A stretch of 58,136 nucleotides of DNA from a virus (taxonomy: Duplodnaviria; Caudoviricetes): the IMG/VR virus record IMGVR_UViG_3300019886_000006, positions 1 through 58,136 of that record; one strand, written 5' to 3'. Below the pieces are notes generated by a model. It saw nothing but the letters and a program-made list of their open reading frames with translations, made no database searches and had not been told where the DNA came from. Of the stretch, positions 48,547 through 55,802 are shown one piece after another. How positions within the stretch are numbered: position 1 is the first letter of the stretch; each line of letters begins with the position of its first letter. Made by a program: the position numbers and the translations under genes.

Positions 48547-50116
48547 TTTCGCTTCATATAAAGAACTGGGGTTCACTTTCAATGATAAAGGAGTAGCCCT
48601 TATCCACGGAGCTACAGGATCAGGTAAAAGTACCTTTATGGATGCGCCTCCTTGGATTCTTTTTGGCAAAACCTCTAAAGGCGGTAATGCCGATGAAGTT
48701 ATTAGTTGGAACGAGGAGCAAACAAAAGGGGTAATTAGACTCGAAATTAATGGAGTTATTAGAACAGTTACCAGAGAACGAGGTCCTAGATCAGACTTAT
48801 ATCTAGACAATGCTCCTCCAATACGAGGAGCTAATCTACAAGATACCCAGAATCTAATTAATCAATTATTAGGTTTCGATTACGATATGTATATGGCATC
48901 TGCTTATTACCATGAGTTCTCTCAAACAGCTCAATTCTTTACTACCACATCTAAGAATCGTCGCACTATTACGGAACAATTAGTAGACCTTTCATTACCT
49001 CTAAAGTTATCAGATAATATTAAAATAAACCTTAAATCTATTAAAACAGATCTAGTAAAGACTACTACAGAACAAATTAAGGCGTCCACCAAGTACTTTG
49101 CACTGCAAAGTACATTAAAAGAAGTATCACATCAGTTCGAATCATGGGGGTATCAGCAAACAACGAGGATAGGTGCAGTAAGTATTAGGGCATCTCAGTT
49201 CGATATTTCTAAAGCAGGTAGAATTAAAAATTTACAGAAACAAATCATCGATATAGGGTACGATCCTATCGCAGTTAATTATACTACTGAGGCACTAGAG
49301 GCGGATTTACCTCCTGAATTTGACCCTTGTGCTGCTTGTGGCACCCCTAAACATAGCAAAGAACGGCAAACTGCTTTAGAAGTGATTAAAGATATTAAAG
49401 AAGAGGCGAAACTTCATAAAATTAAAGGCAAAGAAATACAGGCCTTATTAAAGCAGCTCGAAGAGATTCAAGCCTCTACTAATCCTTACGAAGAACAGCT
49501 CAATGACTTAAATATTCAAACTAATCCACATACCAAGACTATAGTAACTCTCACTAATAACCTAAATCAAGCTGATAAAGACCTAAATCAAGCTGATAAT
49601 ACTATAATACAACTCAAGGACAGAGAACTTAACCTAGAGTTATTATCTGATGCTGTTACAACTCTGCGCAATGAACTAGTTAAAAACACTATAGAAAGTC
49701 TAGAATCCCAAACTAATACGCTATTACAAGAACATTTTGAAAATGAGATTCAAATCAACTTATCAGTTATCGAATCCGATAAATTAGAGGTCTTGATTAC
49801 AAAAGATAGTAATGAGGCCTCATATACTCAGCTTTCTAAAGGGCAAAGATCGATACTTAAGTTATGCTTCGGTACGGCGGTCATGAAAACAATATCTAAG
49901 CATAATAATCTAGATATAAAACAACTATTTTTCGATGAAAGTCTAGATGGTATGGATGATATTAATAAACTACGTTCTATACGATTATTCGAGACATTAG
50001 CATTAGAATATGATTCTATATATATAGTAGAGCATAGTTCTGAAGTTAAAGCCCGTATTGATCAAAAATACCTAGTTACGCTTAATAATGAAGAAAGCCA
50101 GATAAATAATGAGTAA
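48518..50116 (+). CDS. SbcC/Rad50-like ATPase
   Basis: 'LSNFASY', 'GATGSGKS', Zn-hook 'CAAC', 'LSKGQ', 'FFDE', 'VEH'. Confidence 0.92.
   Translation: MKILSLTLSNFASYKELGFTFNDKGVALIHGATGSGKSTFMDAPPWILFGKTSKGGNADEVISWNEEQTKGVIRLEINGVIRTVTRERGPRSDLYLDNAPPIRGANLQDTQNLINQLLGFDYDMYMASAYYHEFSQTAQFFTTTSKNRRTITEQLVDLSLPLKLSDNIKINLKSIKTDLVKTTTEQIKASTKYFALQSTLKEVSHQFESWGYQQTTRIGAVSIRASQFDISKAGRIKNLQKQIIDIGYDPIAVNYTTEALEADLPPEFDPCAACGTPKHSKERQTALEVIKDIKEEAKLHKIKGKEIQALLKQLEEIQASTNPYEEQLNDLNIQTNPHTKTIVTLTNNLNQADKDLNQADNTIIQLKDRELNLELLSDAVTTLRNELVKNTIESLESQTNTLLQEHFENEIQINLSVIESDKLEVLITKDSNEASYTQLSKGQRSILKLCFGTAVMKTISKHNNLDIKQLFFDESLDGMDDINKLRSIRLFETLALEYDSIYIVEHSSEVKARIDQKYLVTLNNEESQINNE
49560..49599 (+). 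repeat. 21-bp tandem duplication in the SbcC coiled coil
   Basis: ACCTAAATCAAGCTGATAA(AG) x2, encoding LNQADKD-LNQADN. Confidence 0.8.
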
Positions 50117-50159
50117 ATATTTAACAAAATTAGAAATAGTTATTTATGGCATCTCTTAG
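50109..50159 (+). CDS. 16-aa mini-ORF that is almost only the motif (MSKYLTKLEIVIYGIS)
   Basis: Overlaps the SbcC stop and contains the Endo VII ATG. Confidence 0.6.
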   Translation: MSKYLTKLEIVIYGIS

Positions 50160-50403
50160 TAAATTATACCCGACTAGAGAAATCAATAAAATAAGAGATG
50201 ATCTGATTTTTAAATATGGAAATCAATGTGCTATTTGTAAAAAACCAAGATCAGCATTCAAAAAAAATCTATCTGTTGATCATGATCATAAAACTAATAA
50301 AATCAGAGGCTTACTTTGTTTTAGATGTAATAAGTTCATTGTTGGAAGGCATACAATGATTACGGCTACACAGATTCTTGATTACTTAAAGAAATACGGA
50401 TGA
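50146..50403 (+). CDS. Recombination endonuclease VII
   Basis: 'CAIC...LSVDHDHKTNKIRGLLCFRCN'. Confidence 0.9.
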   Translation: MASLSKLYPTREINKIRDDLIFKYGNQCAICKKPRSAFKKNLSVDHDHKTNKIRGLLCFRCNKFIVGRHTMITATQILDYLKKYG

Positions 50404-50404
50404 T

Positions 50405-50623
50405 ATGAAAATTAATATTAAAAGGTATAGAAATATTATAGATAATCATAACATAATTGTACCTGAATTTGCTAGCATACTTAGATCTCAGCTTTCTGAT
50501 AGTACACTTTTACATCGTTTTAAAGTAATTCGTTACCAATGCAAATATAAAGATAGACAATTAGATACTTTATTAGAATATATAAATGAATTAGAATTCA
50601 GACAATTAAAATACCGTTTGTGA
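50405..50623 (+). CDS. Hypothetical protein
   Basis: ORF within the operon. Confidence 0.5.
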   Translation: MKINIKRYRNIIDNHNIIVPEFASILRSQLSDSTLLHRFKVIRYQCKYKDRQLDTLLEYINELEFRQLKYRL

Positions 50624-50630
50624 GGAAAAA

Positions 50631-51326
50631 TTGAAAAAAGTTTATAATAAGATCCTGGTAATACCAGATGTACACTCTCCTTGGGCTAATATGGATGCCC
50701 TAAAACAAGCCCATAAATGGTCTAAAAAACATAAACCAGACCTAGTGATCTGTTTAGGAGACCTTACTGATCAAAAGATATGGTCGCGCTGGCCTAAAGA
50801 TACAGACGATGCTAGCCCAAGTGATGAATATATAGCTGCCGAGAAATGTCTTAAACAGATCCATAAAATGTTTCCTAAAATGATTATATTGAGAGGGAAT
50901 CACGATACTAGGATACTGTCTAAAGCAATTGAAGGCGGCATTCCAGCACAAATGTTTCGTGATGTAGATGAGGTATTTGGCTATAAAGGATGGGAATGGG
51001 TGCCTCAAAATGATAAACTAATGATAAAAACTATTAGAGGCCCGGTATTGTTTGTCCACGGTGATGAACAAGGAGGAACTGTAGCTCAAAAATCTAGGAT
51101 TCTTGGGGTTTCTGTAGTCCAAGGTCATACGCATAAAGTTAGTATTACCTATACTACTACTATGTCGGGCACTATATTTGGCGCTGAGATGGGGTGCATA
51201 ATGGACACAAAATCTAAGGCAGCTAAGTATGCTGCGGCTAACCCAGTTGGCTCTAGTGTAGGCTTCGGAGTTATAAAGTTTGGGGTGCCATACTTTATTG
51301 ACTATCGTAAAGGCGGTAAAGTCTAA
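50631..51326 (+). CDS. Calcineurin-like metallophosphoesterase
   Basis: 'PDVH', 'LGDLTD', 'GNHD', 'HG', 'GHTH'. Confidence 0.9.
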   Translation: MKKVYNKILVIPDVHSPWANMDALKQAHKWSKKHKPDLVICLGDLTDQKIWSRWPKDTDDASPSDEYIAAEKCLKQIHKMFPKMIILRGNHDTRILSKAIEGGIPAQMFRDVDEVFGYKGWEWVPQNDKLMIKTIRGPVLFVHGDEQGGTVAQKSRILGVSVVQGHTHKVSITYTTTMSGTIFGAEMGCIMDTKSKAAKYAAANPVGSSVGFGVIKFGVPYFIDYRKGGKV

Positions 51327-51339
51327 TAATGAGACTATT

Positions 51340-51368
51340 TTGACAATTTATTATTAGTCTGTAATAAT
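51340..51368 (+). promoter_or_regulatory. Sigma70-like promoter
   Basis: TTGACA 51340-51345, 17-nt spacer, AATAAT. Confidence 0.45.
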
Positions 51369-51374
51369 AGTCCT

Positions 51375-51779
51375 ATGATTACTCAATTAGGGCTATATTT
51401 TCTTCTAACAAGTTCTCAATTTAATCTACCTATAGGTCTTCTTGATTCGATTTGTTACACAGAGTCTACATACAATACTCGCGCTATCCATTTAGATGAC
51501 GGGGGAGAACCAAGCCTAGGTATATGCCAAGTCCACTATAGTACTGCAAAATGGCTTGGTTTTAAAGGTACCCCTACTCAACTAATGAATCCAAAAACAA
51601 ATATTTATTACGCCGGGGCTTATCTCGCAAAGCAGTTAGAACGATATGATGATAATACCGTGAAAGCCGTTATAGCTTATAATTACGGTCATGTGCCTAA
51701 AAACTTGACTAGTACAAAATATCAAGTTAAAGTATTTAAAGTATGGAACAAAACACATTTAAACCCGGCGACAAAGTGA
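51375..51779 (+). CDS. Lytic transglycosylase (SLT domain)
   Basis: 'ES', 'GICQV', 'NIYYAGAYL', 'AYNYG'. Confidence 0.9.
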   Translation: MITQLGLYFLLTSSQFNLPIGLLDSICYTESTYNTRAIHLDDGGEPSLGICQVHYSTAKWLGFKGTPTQLMNPKTNIYYAGAYLAKQLERYDDNTVKAVIAYNYGHVPKNLTSTKYQVKVFKVWNKTHLNPATK

Positions 51780-51958
51780 TATGCATTAGCCCTCTTAGTG
51801 AGAATAATATATTAGGGTTAATGTTCTTAAAAGAGGAAGAAATCGTATCTATAAAACATGACATAGTATTTACTATGTCCGGCAGTTGGGGGTCTTATTT
51901 TAGATTCGTTAAACTTCCTCTAACTAAACTAGAAAAGGTTATTTATGGAGTACCGTAA
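51743..51958 (+). CDS. LxxLEKVIYG-motif protein
   Basis: 'FKPGDKVICI' ... 'LTKLEKVIYGVP'. Confidence 0.75.
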   Translation: MEQNTFKPGDKVICISPLSENNILGLMFLKEEEIVSIKHDIVFTMSGSWGSYFRFVKLPLTKLEKVIYGVP

Positions 51959-52521
51959 TGTTTAAAAATGGTCAATTAGTAATATGTATAAATAGTTCAG
52001 GGTCTATTCATATAGCCCAAGGAGAAACTTATCGTGTTTCTTATGATTCTGGGAAAGAGATTTGTTTACAAGGAATTCCAGGTTATTATAATAGCTATGC
52101 TTTCAAACTTTATGAGCCAATTTGTAAACCGTCGATTCATATCGATAACCACGTAGATGAACAGCCAAAAACCACACCTTTTATGACATTGCCTACAGAC
52201 TCTAAAGAACGTAAAGACTACCCTATTTTAAATGGTTGTATTCGTTACTTTCCTGCTGCATTAGCAGGAGTAGCACTTATCAGTAAAAAAGGCAATGATA
52301 AACATAATCCCGGCCAAGAACTGCATCATGCGCGTAGTAAATCTATGGACCATGGTGATTGTATTATGCGACATTTAATCGATGTACAAGACTTGTTATC
52401 ATCTAATAATAAAACAGAGATATTAGAAGAAGTAAGCCAACTTGCATGGCGAGTACTGGCTTATTCACAAGAATTACACGAATATTTCGGGGCACCTTTA
52501 GCTCCAGGAGCTAAGAAATGA
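51958..52521 (+). CDS. dATP/dGTP diphosphohydrolase-like protein (DUF5664) with an N-terminal SH3-like domain
   Basis: 'YFPAALAGVA..S..GNDKHN...H...CIMRHL...LAWRVLA'. Confidence 0.75.
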   Translation: MFKNGQLVICINSSGSIHIAQGETYRVSYDSGKEICLQGIPGYYNSYAFKLYEPICKPSIHIDNHVDEQPKTTPFMTLPTDSKERKDYPILNGCIRYFPAALAGVALISKKGNDKHNPGQELHHARSKSMDHGDCIMRHLIDVQDLLSSNNKTEILEEVSQLAWRVLAYSQELHEYFGAPLAPGAKK

Positions 52522-52895
52522 TAATTATTAAGAGTGAATTCCCGATTCCGATAGACGTAGATGGTACTTTGGTTTTAGAGGCCAATGCTGAAAACAGAGC
52601 ATTAGGTCTAAAAGTCATATCTGTTAAAGACCCCCTAACAGGCGGCATGTTGACTATGTGCGCACATGAGCCAAATATAAGACTTATTAAAGAAGAACAT
52701 AGCAGAGGCTCGTATCTAATGGTATGGAGTAGGGGCGGGTACGCCTGGGCCGCAGCGGTAGTAGTAGCCTTGAATTTACAAGATATAGTAAACGAAGTTA
52801 TGACCAAGCCTCATGTTTATATAGATGATGTAGACGTAAAAGAATGGATGCCATCACGCGTGTATTTACCGCCTAACTCTAGGTATAAGAAATGA
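52518..52895 (+). CDS. HAD-superfamily phosphatase-like protein
   Basis: 'DVDGTL', 'WSRGG', 'KPHVYIDD'. Confidence 0.8.
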   Translation: MIIIKSEFPIPIDVDGTLVLEANAENRALGLKVISVKDPLTGGMLTMCAHEPNIRLIKEEHSRGSYLMVWSRGGYAWAAAVVVALNLQDIVNEVMTKPHVYIDDVDVKEWMPSRVYLPPNSRYKK

Positions 52896-53089
52896 TTAAC
52901 ACTATTGTATGGTGCTTAATTACAGTTACTCTTCAAGGATCTAAAGAAGAGACCGCAGTTCAAGGCAAAATCATTAAAGTTACAGATGAGAATTATTTCG
53001 TGGATTTTTCACAATATGCTAGACAACAAAGGTATGAAGGTGTATATTACTATTATGAAGTTCCTAAATATCAATGTATAAAGGAGTAA
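52892..53089 (+). CDS. Hypothetical protein
   Basis: ATGA overlap. Confidence 0.55.
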   Translation: MINTIVWCLITVTLQGSKEETAVQGKIIKVTDENYFVDFSQYARQQRYEGVYYYYEVPKYQCIKE

Positions 53090-53091
53090 TT

Positions 53092-53241
53092 ATGGTTATT
53101 TTATTCGCGGTGTTAACAACTCTTATGGCATACTTTACAGTTAATCATGTAGCAAATGCTCGTTATGTTAATGCCGCTTTTAGTTTTATGTTATTTACAT
53201 TCGATGCTGTTATTTTGGCAGGACTATTAACCAATGGCTAA
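53092..53241 (+). CDS. Small two-TM membrane protein (49 aa)
   Basis: AAGGAG SD; hydrophobic; below the ORF-track size cutoff. Confidence 0.5.
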   Translation: MVILFAVLTTLMAYFTVNHVANARYVNAAFSFMLFTFDAVILAGLLTNG

Positions 53242-53446
53242 TGAAGATGATGTACTAGCTGAATTCATAAAAAAAGCTCAAATTCTAGCAGTAAATGTAA
53301 AACGTAATATCCAAAAAAATAATAGCCTTATTGATGATAAGACTGTTTTAGCTCTAAATGAATATATATTTGCTGCTAATGCAGCTGTAGATCTAATATC
53401 TATGACCGAAACTTTAGATGATAATAAGAAACGAGCAATTAACTAA
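53234..53446 (+). CDS. Hypothetical protein
   Basis: ORF within the operon. Confidence 0.55.
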   Translation: MANEDDVLAEFIKKAQILAVNVKRNIQKNNSLIDDKTVLALNEYIFAANAAVDLISMTETLDDNKKRAIN

Positions 53447-53459
53447 TCCAGGAGGATTA

Positions 53460-53972
53460 ATGGCCTTTCAAAAAGTACGAGTACTAGAAGCAGATGTTAC
53501 CTATAGTCTAGGTAAACTTAATAAAACAGGTAAAACTGATCCGAAATCAATCGAAGGTTATTACCTAGGTAAACGCAATGTAGAGACGCCGTTAGGCGAG
53601 TCGACACTACATTATTTCGAGACTCAGTCAGGGGTTACTGCTGTTTGGGGTACTACTAAACTCAATAGTGGTCTAACACAAGTAAAACTAGGAAATATGA
53701 CTAGAGTTGAGTTCGTAGGTATAGGCAAACCTAGCAAAGGCAAACAAGGAGCACGTTTATTTGAAATCCAACAAGATCCAGATAACTCAATCGAAGTATT
53801 GGCCTTAGGTGATTCTCCAGTAGGAGATGTAGAAGATCCAGTAGGAGATGTAGAAGATCCAGTAGGAGATGTAGAAGATGAAGAAGAACAAGTTCAAATC
53901 GCAGCATTAGCCGCAGCTGAACGTAGAGCGTCTGTAATTGCTCAATTAAAAGCTAAGAGTGCTAAGAAGTAA
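53460..53972 (+). CDS. Putative OB-fold single-stranded DNA-binding protein
   Basis: GGAGG SD; 'EGYYLG...VWG...L...G...RVEF.G' pattern; acidic C-terminal region; precedes the primase. Confidence 0.6.
   Translation: MAFQKVRVLEADVTYSLGKLNKTGKTDPKSIEGYYLGKRNVETPLGESTLHYFETQSGVTAVWGTTKLNSGLTQVKLGNMTRVEFVGIGKPSKGKQGARLFEIQQDPDNSIEVLALGDSPVGDVEDPVGDVEDPVGDVEDEEEQVQIAALAAAERRASVIAQLKAKSAKK
53817..53879 (+). repeat. 21-bp tandem repeat x3 (PVGDVED)
   Basis: CCAGTAGGAGATGTAGAAGAT x3, perfect. Confidence 0.95.
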
Positions 53973-53990
53973 TTAATCTCCGGAGGCTAT

Positions 53991-55799
53991 TTGAATATTT
54001 TTAGATTGATAGCCCCTAAATGGGCCCTTAGTAAGGGCCTTATTACAAAGCAGGTTTTAGAGGGCCAGTATTCTGATGCTGACCTTCAGACTTATAATGC
54101 CCAAGGCTATAATATATATTTCTTACCTAATAAACCTAGTGAATATATCTCCACTAAGATAGTGAATGGAACTGATATAGATGTATTCGATTGGGTATTT
54201 GTTGATTGTGATCTTAAAGACGGGTTCTACCCGAGTAAAGATGCTTTTATTGAAACTATATTGGCATCTGATTTACTTCCTACTAAAATCATAGACTCAG
54301 GTAATGGGGTACACGTATATTGGCGGGTATCCAATCTAGATGCTATGTCTTACCTACGATTTCAACGCCGTTTAACTAGATTGTTCAAAACAGATGAGGC
54401 TGTAGGTAAGTTATTTCAACTAATGAGATACCCTGGCACTGTCAATACTAAATACCTAGAAAAGTTAGTACCATGTGAACTGGTAGCCGAAGCTGATATG
54501 ACTTATACAGCTGAAGAATTTGATAAGTTACTCCCAAGTATAACAATGTCTGACGAGAAGTTTTGTCAAAATCATTATAATCAAACACACAATATAAACG
54601 AGATAGTTATTAGTCCCGAAATCCCTACAAAATTTGGCAAATTATTGAAACAAAATGCTGAAGCTAAAGAGATATGGACAGAGCCGTTATCAGACAGATC
54701 TAAAGGAGACTTCAGATTAGGACATTTAATGTTCGCTAATGGCTTTACTAAAGATGAAGCCATGAGTGTATTGGTTCAATCCGCTAAGGCATTACAACGT
54801 TCTCCGATTTATAGAGTAACCTACGCCCATAATATAGTAGAAAAGATATGGACATTTGAAGACTTACCCGAAACTGATAAAGCTCATTCTAGTGTTAAAG
54901 AGATACTTCAAAGATCAGGATCAAATATTAAAGGAGAACGCCTTCCTTGCTGGAAGTGGATAGACGATACTGAAGCCGGATTCCGGGTAGGGCAAGTAAT
55001 GGGGCTTGTAGGAGGTTCTGGAGTAGGTAAGACTACAATGGCTTTGAATATATTTCTCGGATTTGTAGAGTCTAACCCAGAATTAACTCACTTTTTTGTA
55101 CCATTAGAACAGCCAGATAGAGAAATAGCACAAAGATGGGCAACTATGTGTGGTGATAAAACACATTTACACGATAAAGTACAAGTACTTAGCAATTATA
55201 ATAATGAAGGTAAATTTAGAGATTTAAGTCTAGAAGATATTAAAAATAATATCTTAGAATTCACAAATAAAACAGGCAAACAAGTAGGGTGTGTAGTAAT
55301 CGATCATATAGGCGTGTTAAAGAACGAAAATAAACTAGGACAAGATGAGGGAGTTAAAGGTATTTCTAAAGCAATGAAAGGATTTGCTGAAGAAACCAAG
55401 ACATTTCTAATTATGCAATCTCAGACATCTAGAGAAAAAGCTGGTATAGGCGATTTAGAGCTGAATAAAGATGCAGCATTTGGCACCAGTGTGTTTGAAA
55501 ACTTCGTAGATTTTTTAACTACTATATGGCAGCCTGTGAAAAGAGTATATGATCTAGGCGCCCCTACAGTTATAGCATATAAGTTCTGCAAAATTAGAAC
55601 TAAGAATCAACTCATAGATGTATTAAAAGAAGACAAGCCCTACTCGGTGTTTTTTGACCCTCAAACCCAGCTTATTAGAGAACTAACTGAAGCCGAAGAA
55701 AAAGGACTAGGATATTGGGTGTCTCATGCTACTAATAAACGTAAGCAAGATAGAAAAACAGAAGTTGTTAATTACAACTCTATTAAGTGGTCTAAGTAG
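53991..55799 (+). CDS. Primase-helicase fusion (RepB/AEP-type primase plus DnaB-like SF4 helicase)
   Basis: 'FVDCD', 'SGNGVHVYW', 'MRYPGTVN'; 'GGSGVGKT', 'VIDHI', 'QSQ'. Confidence 0.88.
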   Translation: MNIFRLIAPKWALSKGLITKQVLEGQYSDADLQTYNAQGYNIYFLPNKPSEYISTKIVNGTDIDVFDWVFVDCDLKDGFYPSKDAFIETILASDLLPTKIIDSGNGVHVYWRVSNLDAMSYLRFQRRLTRLFKTDEAVGKLFQLMRYPGTVNTKYLEKLVPCELVAEADMTYTAEEFDKLLPSITMSDEKFCQNHYNQTHNINEIVISPEIPTKFGKLLKQNAEAKEIWTEPLSDRSKGDFRLGHLMFANGFTKDEAMSVLVQSAKALQRSPIYRVTYAHNIVEKIWTFEDLPETDKAHSSVKEILQRSGSNIKGERLPCWKWIDDTEAGFRVGQVMGLVGGSGVGKTTMALNIFLGFVESNPELTHFFVPLEQPDREIAQRWATMCGDKTHLHDKVQVLSNYNNEGKFRDLSLEDIKNNILEFTNKTGKQVGCVVIDHIGVLKNENKLGQDEGVKGISKAMKGFAEETKTFLIMQSQTSREKAGIGDLELNKDAAFGTSVFENFVDFLTTIWQPVKRVYDLGAPTVIAYKFCKIRTKNQLIDVLKEDKPYSVFFDPQTQLIRELTEAEEKGLGYWVSHATNKRKQDRKTEVVNYNSIKWSK

Positions 55800-55802
55800 T
55801 TT

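Noticed and set aside
273-51958. Integron-like attC DNA site behind the LEKVIYG repeats
   Set aside because: No integrase, no palindromic structure, and variation is mostly at synonymous positions
4566-54763. Numerous short antisense or nested ORFs in the six-frame track (for example 4566-4853, 10547-10870, 29611-29883, 41357-41719)
   Set aside because: They lie wholly within well-supported genes and show no motifs or SD; they are shadow ORFs
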